Assembly (NCBI GenBank): GCA_964351495.1
Contig: CAYGOC010000008.1
Span: 15,408 to 79,407, forward strand
Reading direction: 5' to 3'
From: an uncultured bacterium
Lineage (GTDB): Bacteria > Chlamydiota > Chlamydiia > Chlamydiales > SM23-39
DNA: 64,000 bases
The notes beneath the pieces were generated by a model. That model was not told where the DNA came from. It saw nothing but the letters and a program-made list of their open reading frames with translations, and did not search any database. Position 1 is the first letter of the stretch. Each line of letters opens with the position of its first letter. Shown here piece by piece: positions 16,788 through 25,425 of the stretch. The translations under genes were made by a program, and so were the position numbers.

Positions 16788-17909
16788 CTACTTTTTCTTG
16801 TTGATTTCAGAGACTTGCTTCACTTTGAAATTGCGCGGTTGGGAAACAAAAGGCCCTTCTTCTTTTTCTTGTTTTTTGGGCCTTCCCCTTTTCTTGGGGA
16901 TTATTTCCTCTACAGCAGTCTCTACTTTTTTCTCTTTTTCGGTACCTACCTGAAAAGAGGTTCCCTCTCTAAACTTAGGACTAGAAAAGGGTTTAAAAAG
17001 CGGCGTCGAATCAAGGCCCATCTTCTTTTCTCCTGAAGAGAGCGCTTGAGAGAGAGTTCTTAATGATTCTAATTTGGCAGAAAGCTCTTCTAACCTTTCG
17101 TTTACCGGAGATCGAGGAGAGCCTCTTAAAGAGGCAAGCAGTTTGCCCGGATCAAACTTAGAAGAAAAAGTAAGAGAAGATGGTCCCGGAACATACAAAA
17201 ATCGTTTTAAAAAGCCCGGAACCGTAATGTAAATATCTGCTGTAAACTGTGGTTCCACTTCTACTTTAGCGCTTTGTTTAGGAGGTCTTCCTCTTTTAGG
17301 TCTCGGATTCAAGGCTTCATTAGAATAGTAGACCTTCGCTTTAGCTCGAAGCATCTCTCTTACCCCAGAAATATCTTTAGGCACCTTCGCCTCAAACTGC
17401 GCTCTTTTTACCTTTTCCATAAGACTTCGGTTAATATCCAAGTCTTCTTCAAAAACAAACTCAATCTTCTCTGTTCGAAGCCATTCTATGACTAAAACGC
17501 GCGATCTTTCCTGGTAATACTGTTGCCACTTTTCCCATTCTGTTAAATGGTCATAGATAAACTCTAAAAAGTTTTCCCTTGCTTCTTTAGAAGCGATAAT
17601 GTCTAAAAGCTTTTCTTTTGTATCGATATCGTAGACTTTCTCATTTACAAAACCTTCCATTAACTTTTTTACTTCATAAAAAGTGGTCTTGGGAATTAAC
17701 ACAAAATCCTCAGAAGCCTTTTCTACTTCTTCATAGATAGGTTCAAGCTCTTCTGAAGGTTTATCTAGATCTACATAGAGGATATACCCCTCTTTTGTAC
17801 TCAAATAGAAATCTCTTTCATCATCCGACTTGGAAAAAGCATCCATGAGGCGGTGATAACGCAAAATTAAAGGGTTCTGTATTTTAGAAGCTACTTTACT
17901 CATAGCCAA
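16788..17909 (-). CDS. hypothetical protein, possibly UPF0158 (CT429-like) family, with two C-terminal AT-hook motifs
   Basis: 373 aa. Acidic N-terminal about 160 aa. AT-hook cores PKRGRPPK (nt 17274-17303) and KKRGRPKK (nt 16872-16895). The UPF0158 assignment is from memory of the family and is not verified. Confidence 0.55.
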   Translation of the reverse strand: MAMSKVASKIQNPLILRYHRLMDAFSKSDDERDFYLSTKEGYILYVDLDKPSEELEPIYEEVEKASEDFVLIPKTTFYEVKKLMEGFVNEKVYDIDTKEKLLDIIASKEARENFLEFIYDHLTEWEKWQQYYQERSRVLVIEWLRTEKIEFVFEEDLDINRSLMEKVKRAQFEAKVPKDISGVREMLRAKAKVYYSNEALNPRPKRGRPPKQSAKVEVEPQFTADIYITVPGFLKRFLYVPGPSSLTFSSKFDPGKLLASLRGSPRSPVNERLEELSAKLESLRTLSQALSSGEKKMGLDSTPLFKPFSSPKFREGTSFQVGTEKEKKVETAVEEIIPKKRGRPKKQEKEEGPFVSQPRNFKVKQVSEINKKK

Positions 17910-18106
17910 AAGAGTATCAAAGGATTCATATGCGTTGCAACAAAAACTACGCCTTTCCCCTACAAAAACTACAGTTCAAATTTTTATTACTATGTATTTT
18001 TTGTTTAACCCCTCAAAAGCCCATAAAAACTAAGGCCTTTTACAAAATCCAAACCCCTCCTATACTCTGAGGAGTTATAAAGAAACCCTTTTCAAATTTA
18101 TATTTT

Positions 18107-19381
18107 ATGTTAGATCTAAAAGAATTTAGAAAAAATTTTTCTGTACAAGAAAAACTGTTAAAACAAAAAGAACCTCATTTAGACCTCTCTTTTTTCTCTC
18201 AAGAAGAAACCATCCGAAAACTGAAAGCGGAACTAGAAAGTTTGCAGGCTAAAAGAAACCTTTTCTCTAAAGAAATTGGAGAAAAGAAAAAAGAAAAAGA
18301 AGACGTCTCTCCTTTAATGCAAAAGGTAGAGTCTATTCGAGAAAAGATGGGAGAAATAGAAAAGGAACTGCGCTCTTTAGAAGAAGCTTTTTTAGAAAAA
18401 TTTTTAGAACTTCCGAACCTTCCTCTTCCAGAAGTCCCTTTCTCTTTAGATCCAAAAGATAATGTATGCCTTAAAATGGTAGGAGAAAAAAAGGAGTTTT
18501 CTTTCCCTTTCAAAAACCACGTAGAATTGAATGAATCCCTACACCTTTTCGACTTTAAAAGGTCCGCTAAAATCACGGGAAGCAACTGGCCTTTATATAC
18601 TCACTTAGGCGCAGAGCTAGAATGGGCCCTTTTACAATATATGATCGATATTCATAAGAAAAATGGGTTTTCCTTTATTCTCCCCCCTCTTCTGGTAAAA
18701 GAAGAGACTATGAGAGGGGTAGGTCAGCTCCCTAAATTTAAAAATCAGCTTTTTAAACTTGAAGATGAGGATTTCCCCTTTTATTTGATACCCACAGCGG
18801 AAGCTCCTTTAAATGGTCTTCACAGCGATGAAATTTTAGAAGAGGCTTCTCTTCCTTTGAAATATGTCTCTTATACCCCTTGTTTTCGCAGAGAAGCAGG
18901 CGCTCCCGGCTCTCAAGAAAGAGGCCTTATAAGAATGCATCAATTTAATAAGGTAGAGCTTTTCTCTTTATGTACTCCAGAAAGCAGTGCTCAGATCTTT
19001 GAAGAGATGCTCTTATCTGCGGAAAAAGTTTTACAAGGTCTTGAAATCCATTATAGAAACATGCTTTTGGTAACCTCCGACATGTCCTTTGCTTCTGCCA
19101 AAACCATCGACATAGAGGTATGGCTTCCGGGACAAAACCGTTATTACGAGGTCTCTTCTGTTTCTTTATGTACAGACTACCAAGCTAGAAGAGCAAAAAT
19201 TCGCTACAGAAACCACGATAAAAAGAACGTCTACGTTCATACGCTAAATGGTTCTGGAGTGGCAACTTCTAGACTTGTAGTGGCACTTTTGGAAAATAAC
19301 CAGCAAGAAGATGGCTCTGTTCTGATTCCTAAAGTACTGCAGCCTTACTTAAAAAAAGAACGATTTTCTCCCTCAAGGTAG
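18107..19381 (+). CDS. serS: seryl-tRNA synthetase
   Basis: 424 aa. N-terminal coiled-coil arm and class II motifs (FRREAGAPG, TLNGSGVATSRLVVALLENNQQEDGSVLIPKVLQPY). Confidence 0.93.
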   Translation: MLDLKEFRKNFSVQEKLLKQKEPHLDLSFFSQEETIRKLKAELESLQAKRNLFSKEIGEKKKEKEDVSPLMQKVESIREKMGEIEKELRSLEEAFLEKFLELPNLPLPEVPFSLDPKDNVCLKMVGEKKEFSFPFKNHVELNESLHLFDFKRSAKITGSNWPLYTHLGAELEWALLQYMIDIHKKNGFSFILPPLLVKEETMRGVGQLPKFKNQLFKLEDEDFPFYLIPTAEAPLNGLHSDEILEEASLPLKYVSYTPCFRREAGAPGSQERGLIRMHQFNKVELFSLCTPESSAQIFEEMLLSAEKVLQGLEIHYRNMLLVTSDMSFASAKTIDIEVWLPGQNRYYEVSSVSLCTDYQARRAKIRYRNHDKKNVYVHTLNGSGVATSRLVVALLENNQQEDGSVLIPKVLQPYLKKERFSPSR

Positions 19382-19435
19382 AAGTTCTTTTCGACAAAAG
19401 AAAAAAGCGCTATTTTTCAAAAAAAAGGAGGGTTT

Positions 19436-20188
19436 TTGCCTAACTCTGATCATTTTCAAGGGAAGTCCCCTTTAGAACATCTTTTTGAAGCAAGAAAAAA
19501 AGGGAGCGCTATCTCCCAGGAAAATCATGGTAATAGTCTTTCCAGTTTTTCTTCTGTATTTTTAGAAACCCTCAAAACCTTTTCTGTTCTTTTTTCTCTC
19601 GGTATTATGAGCCTGCAGCTTTATGGAGTAGATTCTGCATTCCCCGTTTTTATTCTCTTTGGCATAGGAACTTTTTTTTGGGCTCCTTTACAAACGGCCC
19701 TTTTACACTGGAGAACGCTCTATAAAATGCACCGTTTAATAGGAGAGGAGAAGTGGGAAATTGAAAACAACCGAGATACCGAAAGAAAAGAACTTACCGC
19801 TATTTATGAAGCAAAAGGGTTTTCGGGAAAGATGTTAGAACAGGTAATCGATGTTTTAATGGCAGACGATAATCGCCTTTTAGAAACGATGTTAACAGAA
19901 GAGTTTGGCCTTCCTTTAGAGAATATGGAACACCCTTTAAAGCTAGCTTTAGCTTCTTTTTTGGCTGTATTTTCTCTCTTTTTTTTCATGGGGACCGCTC
20001 TTTTTTTCTATCCTATTTCAGCCTACTTTTTCTCTTTTTCTTTTTTAATAGGTTCTAGCCTACTTTCATCTAAAAAAGAAAAGATGCCCTTAATTCCTGC
20101 CTTTTTTTGGAATAGCGGCGTTTTTTTGGTAGTGCACCTGGCCTTGTATTTTTCTTATACTCTTATACAAGGTTTTTTCCATGGATAA
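19436..20188 (+). CDS. VIT1/CCC1-family (iron/manganese transporter-like) membrane protein
   Basis: Matches the VIT-family core pattern (EKWEIENNRDTERKELTAIYEAKGFSGKMLEQVIDVLMADDNRLLETMLTEEFGL) flanked by hydrophobic segments. TTG start with a GGAGG Shine-Dalgarno just upstream. 8-nt overlap with the following ATPase gene. Confidence 0.72.
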   Translation: MPNSDHFQGKSPLEHLFEARKKGSAISQENHGNSLSSFSSVFLETLKTFSVLFSLGIMSLQLYGVDSAFPVFILFGIGTFFWAPLQTALLHWRTLYKMHRLIGEEKWEIENNRDTERKELTAIYEAKGFSGKMLEQVIDVLMADDNRLLETMLTEEFGLPLENMEHPLKLALASFLAVFSLFFFMGTALFFYPISAYFFSFSFLIGSSLLSSKKEKMPLIPAFFWNSGVFLVVHLALYFSYTLIQGFFHG

Positions 20189-22154
20189 ACCCCATCCGTT
20201 CGATCTGTTTTTCGCCTCCGGATCGGAAGAAGGAGGCAGCCCTTTTTTAAAAGCCTCTTCTCGAAATTGGGGCAAAAATTTATCTTTAAAAAGCTCTTTA
20301 CTCGCCGCTTTTTTACTAAGCTTCTCCTTTATTCTCTCTTTTTTTTTACCTCCCTTATCCCATCTACTTTTGGTCTTTGTATTTTTTTTAGTAGGAATTC
20401 CCGCTTTAATGGACTCTTTTGAAGGGCTTTTGTCTTTTAAAATCGATATAGATCTTTTAATGACCCTTTCCGCTTTTATCTCTTTAGGAATAGGACGAGC
20501 TTTTGAAGGAGCTCTTCTTTTGGTTCTCTTTAAGCTCTCTCATGCCATGGAGAAAACGGTAACTCAAAAAGCAAGAGGAGCAGTACAAGATCTTCATAGA
20601 CTCTCTCCTACGAAAGCCTGGGTTGTACAGGAAAATGGACATCTTTTAGAAAAGTCTACCCAAGAGATAAAAGTAAAAACTACCATTTTGGTCAAATCAG
20701 GAGAAATCGTCCCTTTAGACGGAATTTTAATAGAAGGATCCTCCCACTTTAGTGCCGCTCACATCACGGGAGAGTCTCTGCCAATAAAAGCCGTTTTAGG
20801 AAAAGAAATTCCGGCCGGGGCTAAAATCTTAGAAGAATCGGTAGTTTTAGAAGTAACGAAAGAAAAAGATGAGTCTACCCTCACCAAAATTTTAAAGCTT
20901 ATTACCCAAGCAGCAGAAGCCAAACCTAAAGCAGAGAGAATCTTAGACAAATGGGGAGAGAAGTATGCTATTTTTGTAATCGTTCTTACCCTCTTCTTTG
21001 CTTTACTCCTTCCTTTTGTTTTTTCTATTCCCTTTTTCGGATTTGAAGGCTCTATTTACAGAGCCCTTACCTTCATGATTGCAGCCTCCCCTTGCGCTTT
21101 AATTATTGCAACCCCTACAGCCTATTTAAGCGCCATCTCTGCTTGCGCTAGAAAAGGGATTCTTCTAAAGGGAGGTATCACCTTAGATGCTTTAGCTAAA
21201 TGCAAAAGAATCTCTTTTGACAAAACAGGAACGCTAACCACAGGCTCTTTATCTCTTACAGAAATCATCCCTTTAAACGAAATCGCAAATACCATTTCTT
21301 TAGATACAGCTTTGCAAATTGCCTTTTCGTTAGAACGAAATGTTTTACACCCCATATCTAATGCTGTTTTAAAAAAAGCAGAAGAAAAAAAGTTATCCCC
21401 TATAAAAATTATAAACTTTGCCAATAAACCTGGATTTGGCCTGGAAGGAGAAGTGCAAATAGAGGGAAAACCCCTTTTTACTTTCCTTGGGCTCTCCGAA
21501 AAAGGACTTTCCTATCTTCCGGAAGGAGAAAAAACAGAGTTACAAGAAAAGCTTGAAAAACACAAGAGAGAGAAAATTCTCTCCGTTTTAGTCATAGGAA
21601 AAGCCGCTTTTTTATTGTGTTTTACCGACCAAATCCGAAAAGAGGCGAAAGAAGCTATTGCTACTTTAAAAGAGGCTTCTTTGAAAACTTTTATGCTAAC
21701 GGGAGATCATGAATTTAGCGCAAAAAAAGTAGCCTCTTTTTTAGAAATTGATGAGGTATATGCAGATCTTCGGCCTGAGCAAAAACTAGCGCTTATTGAA
21801 AAGCTTTCTGAAAAAGAAGGTCTAGCTATGGTAGGAGATGGGGTCAATGATGCCCCTGCGCTAGCTAGAGCCTCCGTGGGTATTTCTATGGGAAAAATAG
21901 GAAGCTCTGCTGCCATTGAAGCATCTGATGTCATCCTTTTACAAGAAGACTTAAAAGTGCTTGCCTGGCTTTTTAAAAAGGCTTTTAAAACACACCTTTT
22001 AGTAAAACAAAACCTCTCTTTTGCCGTTTTTATCATCCTTTTTGCTCCCCTTTTTGCCCTATACGGCTTTATTCCCCTTTGGCTTGCGGTACTTCTTCAT
22101 GAGGGAGGTACTATTTTAGTAGGGTTAAACAGTCTTCGTCTTTTAAAAAAATAA
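20181..22154 (+). CDS. heavy-metal P1B-type ATPase, P1B-4-like signature (SPC / HEGGT), no N-terminal metal-binding domain
   Basis: 657 aa. DKTGTLT phosphorylation site, TGD, GDGVNDAPAL hinge, TM motif AASPCAL, terminal TM motif LLHEGGTILV. No CxxC or His-rich N-terminus. Confidence 0.88.
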   Translation: MDKPHPFDLFFASGSEEGGSPFLKASSRNWGKNLSLKSSLLAAFLLSFSFILSFFLPPLSHLLLVFVFFLVGIPALMDSFEGLLSFKIDIDLLMTLSAFISLGIGRAFEGALLLVLFKLSHAMEKTVTQKARGAVQDLHRLSPTKAWVVQENGHLLEKSTQEIKVKTTILVKSGEIVPLDGILIEGSSHFSAAHITGESLPIKAVLGKEIPAGAKILEESVVLEVTKEKDESTLTKILKLITQAAEAKPKAERILDKWGEKYAIFVIVLTLFFALLLPFVFSIPFFGFEGSIYRALTFMIAASPCALIIATPTAYLSAISACARKGILLKGGITLDALAKCKRISFDKTGTLTTGSLSLTEIIPLNEIANTISLDTALQIAFSLERNVLHPISNAVLKKAEEKKLSPIKIINFANKPGFGLEGEVQIEGKPLFTFLGLSEKGLSYLPEGEKTELQEKLEKHKREKILSVLVIGKAAFLLCFTDQIRKEAKEAIATLKEASLKTFMLTGDHEFSAKKVASFLEIDEVYADLRPEQKLALIEKLSEKEGLAMVGDGVNDAPALARASVGISMGKIGSSAAIEASDVILLQEDLKVLAWLFKKAFKTHLLVKQNLSFAVFIILFAPLFALYGFIPLWLAVLLHEGGTILVGLNSLRLLKK

Positions 22155-22200
22155 GCGAGAATGGTATCGAAGAAAAAAGGGAGACTCTTTTTTCATACGT

Positions 22201-25200
22201 ATGGACAAGCCCAAAAAAAAAGGATTTTTTTCAGAAAAACAGTTAAAGCTTGCCCTGCAACATGAAACGGCAGATTTTAAAAAAACCTACCTTTGGTTAG
22301 AGGAGAACATGCCCTCTTCTTTTTTTGAAGAAATGGAAGGGAAAAGGCTTGTTCTAATCACCCATAATCTTATGAGTCTCCATTTACAGGATAATTTTTC
22401 TCAGATCAACTTCCGAGAAGGGGCGGTAGTCTTATGCCCTGACAGCATGGAAGCCGATGTAGCTATTTTGAAACACTACGAGATGCACGGCATCCACTAC
22501 TATAGATCTTTTACTTCCAAAGCCCCTCTTCCTCAAGATAAGAAAAAACGCCCTTTAAAAGTTACCCATCTTTTATTTACCGATTTTGTTTCTCAGGAAA
22601 AAGAATGTATAAAGCCGGAAGAAAAAGAAGAAATCTTTGCCTTCTGTAGAAAAAAGCATCCTAATCTGACCAAAGAAGAGTTCTCTTTATTTTTGGATTC
22701 GATGAATCCTCGGTTTTTACTTTCTATGAATCCGGAAAAAATGGAAATTGCTTTAAATCTTTTTTTTGAAGCACAAAAAAAGGAGTCCTGCCAATACTTT
22801 GTTCGTTATTTTGAGGATTGGAAGGAACAAGAGATTCCTTCTATGCAAATCGTCATGGCATGGAAAAATGTCCCCAAATACCGGTTTTTACTAAACCTTT
22901 CTGAGATGATTTTACGCCACAAGCTCGATTTACAAAGGGTAACGGCTACCTATGTTACTCCTTATGCAGCTCAGAGTGTATTAATCCTATCCCTTGCCAT
23001 CCATGGAAACCAAAAATCTGCTTGGGAAGAGGCTGATATTCCCGATTTTTTACGAGAACTGTGTTCTTTAAAATTTGCAGAAAAGCACCCCTCTTTGGAA
23101 AGTGCTTTCATAAAAACGGGATATCTAACAGGAAACGAAAAAAATCTTTTAAGCTGCATTCTCACTTTTGTTCATCAAATCTTATTAAACCTCGATCCTA
23201 ATTTATATTCTCTTTCGAATATAGAAGAAGGCTTTTGCAGACACCAAGATCTCACTGTACAACTGTGTGAAATCTTCTCTTTCAAATTTCATCCGGAAAA
23301 ACATAACTTAAGCAGCCTAGAAAAGACAAGAACCAGCTTTATCCGCTTAGTGGACAACCTGGATACGGGCCACCCAAGCATGGATAAGAGAAGAAAAAAC
23401 ATCTTAAAACAGGCTTTAAACTTTATCGACCATACTGTAAAAACCAACTTCTACCAAGAAGTAAAAACCTCTTTCTCTTTTCGCCTTTCTCCCCTTTACC
23501 TAGAAAACGTCCCCTTCTCTAGAAAAGAACGGTTTCCTGTTTTGCCTTATGGTATTTTCTACATAAAAGGGCCCCATTTTGTGGGGTTTCATGTTCGGTT
23601 TAAAGATCTTTCTAGAGGGGGCTTAAGAACCTTGGTTCCCGAAAAGGTCGAGCAGTTTGTTATCGAAAAAAACCAGATCTTCTCTGAGTGTTATAATTTA
23701 GGCCTTACCCAGCAGAAAAAAAACAAAGATATTCCGGAAGGGGGCTCCAAAGGGGTAATTCTTCTGGAACCTTTTGAAAAAATGTATCACGAACTTTTGA
23801 TCTATAAAAAAGAGATGGAAACGGCAAAACTTTCCTCTTTGGAAATTGAAGAAAATTTAAAAAGTTTTACCTTATGTCGCAAAAAAGAACACCTTCATGA
23901 AGCACAAAAATCTTTTATCCACAGTTTTTTAACGCTTATTAACTGCGAAGAATCGGGTCTTTTAAAAGAAAATACGATCGTAGACTACTATAAAAAGCCG
24001 GAGTATATCTTCTTAGGTCCTGATGAAAATATGCACAATGAAGTGATTCAGTGGATTTCGGAGCTTAGTTTTAAACAGGGCTATTCCTTAAAAAAATCTT
24101 TTATCACCAGCAAACCGGGTCTTGGTATCAACCACAAAGAATTTGGAGTCACCTCTTTGGGGGTCTTAGTCTACGTAGAACAGGTCCTTCTCTACTTAGG
24201 GATCGATCCTGCAAAAGACCCTTTTACCATTAAGATTTCAGGAGGACCTGATGGGGATGTAGCGGGAAATATGATTCACTACCTTTATAAAAAATATCCC
24301 AAAACCGCTAAGCTTATTGCGTTAACCGATGTTTCCGGAACCATTTTTGATGCGGAAGGCCTCTCTTTAGAGGAGATGGAAATCCTCTTTCAAAAAGGGC
24401 TTCCTATTCGTTTTTACCCTCCGGAAAAACTCTCTGAAGGAGGGTTTTTATTAGACCGCTTTACCAAAAGAGAGCAAACAGCCTACATCCAACAAACCCT
24501 TTGTTATCGAAAAAAAGAAGGTGCTTTAGTACAAGACTGGCTGTCCGGAAGTGATATGAACCATCTTTTTCGCTATAACGTACACCAGGCCATAGCTGAT
24601 ATCTTTGTACCTGCAGGGGGAAGACCCAGAACTCTTCATGAAGAAAATTACACAGACTTTTTAAATGAGAAAAAAGAACCTTCTTCCAGAGCTATCGTAG
24701 AAGGGGCTAATCTCTATATTACCCAAGAAGCAAGAAGAATTTTAGAAAGCCTAGGGGTTTTAATTATTAAAGACAGCTCGGCTAACAAAGGAGGCGTGAT
24801 ATGCTCTTCTTTTGAAGTGCTTTCTACTCTTGTATTAGAAGAAAAGGAGTTTTTAGAAGAGAAAGAGACGCTTGTTTTTCAAATTTTAGAAATTCTAAAG
24901 AAAAAAGCACTTGATGAAGCGCTTCTCCTTTTAGACGGATATGAAAAAGAAAAAATTCCCCTCACAGAGTGCTCAGAAAAAATCTCTGAAAAGATTAATA
25001 CCTATAAATATGAAATCTTAGACTACCTGGAAAAAATACCTCTTTCTTCTAATAAAAACGACCCCTTTATCCGGTCCTTGTTTCACCATGCCCCTCCCCT
25101 TTTGCAAGAAAAATATGGGAGTCGCCTTTTGACCAAAATCTCCGAAGTACACAAAAAAGCCATTATAGCCTGTTATATAGCCTCCTCTTTGGTTTATAAA

Positions 25201-25266
25201 AAAGGGTTTAGCTGGTCTCCTTCTATTGTCGATATCTTGCCCCTTCTCTCTTTGGAAGAAGAGTAA
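22201..25266 (+). CDS. large NAD-specific glutamate dehydrogenase (about 115-kDa class)
   Basis: 1021 aa. GDH catalytic-core-like motifs (LSRGGLRTLV, PEGGSKGVILL), dinucleotide fold ISGGPDGDVAGN, and EGANLYITQEA / SSANKGGVICSSFEV. Confidence 0.78.
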   Translation: MDKPKKKGFFSEKQLKLALQHETADFKKTYLWLEENMPSSFFEEMEGKRLVLITHNLMSLHLQDNFSQINFREGAVVLCPDSMEADVAILKHYEMHGIHYYRSFTSKAPLPQDKKKRPLKVTHLLFTDFVSQEKECIKPEEKEEIFAFCRKKHPNLTKEEFSLFLDSMNPRFLLSMNPEKMEIALNLFFEAQKKESCQYFVRYFEDWKEQEIPSMQIVMAWKNVPKYRFLLNLSEMILRHKLDLQRVTATYVTPYAAQSVLILSLAIHGNQKSAWEEADIPDFLRELCSLKFAEKHPSLESAFIKTGYLTGNEKNLLSCILTFVHQILLNLDPNLYSLSNIEEGFCRHQDLTVQLCEIFSFKFHPEKHNLSSLEKTRTSFIRLVDNLDTGHPSMDKRRKNILKQALNFIDHTVKTNFYQEVKTSFSFRLSPLYLENVPFSRKERFPVLPYGIFYIKGPHFVGFHVRFKDLSRGGLRTLVPEKVEQFVIEKNQIFSECYNLGLTQQKKNKDIPEGGSKGVILLEPFEKMYHELLIYKKEMETAKLSSLEIEENLKSFTLCRKKEHLHEAQKSFIHSFLTLINCEESGLLKENTIVDYYKKPEYIFLGPDENMHNEVIQWISELSFKQGYSLKKSFITSKPGLGINHKEFGVTSLGVLVYVEQVLLYLGIDPAKDPFTIKISGGPDGDVAGNMIHYLYKKYPKTAKLIALTDVSGTIFDAEGLSLEEMEILFQKGLPIRFYPPEKLSEGGFLLDRFTKREQTAYIQQTLCYRKKEGALVQDWLSGSDMNHLFRYNVHQAIADIFVPAGGRPRTLHEENYTDFLNEKKEPSSRAIVEGANLYITQEARRILESLGVLIIKDSSANKGGVICSSFEVLSTLVLEEKEFLEEKETLVFQILEILKKKALDEALLLLDGYEKEKIPLTECSEKISEKINTYKYEILDYLEKIPLSSNKNDPFIRSLFHHAPPLLQEKYGSRLLTKISEVHKKAIIACYIASSLVYKKGFSWSPSIVDILPLLSLEEE

Positions 25267-25345
25267 AAAACACTTTTTTCTGTTTTTTATCTTTATTTTA
25301 ATGCTTTTATTATAAACCACTTGTATCTAAACTAAAGCCGCAAAC

Positions 25346-25372
25346 CTAGCAATCAAAAGCTTGGATTGCTAA
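25346..25372. promoter_or_regulatory. CIRCE-like HrcA operator
   Basis: CTAGCAATC-N9-GATTGCTAA compared with the consensus TTAGCACTC-N9-GAGTGCTAA. It has 8-bp perfect arms and lies 54 nt upstream of the hrcA start. Confidence 0.75.
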
Positions 25373-25394
25373 AAAATAATCCCTTTGTTATACT
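25366..25394 (+). promoter_or_regulatory. candidate hrcA-grpE-dnaK promoter overlapping CIRCE
   Basis: -35 TTGCTA (25366-25371, inside the right CIRCE arm), a 17-nt spacer, then -10 TATACT (25389-25394). Confidence 0.55.
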
Positions 25395-25425
25395 TTGAGT
25401 CAGATAGAAAAAATTTCTTGGGTTT

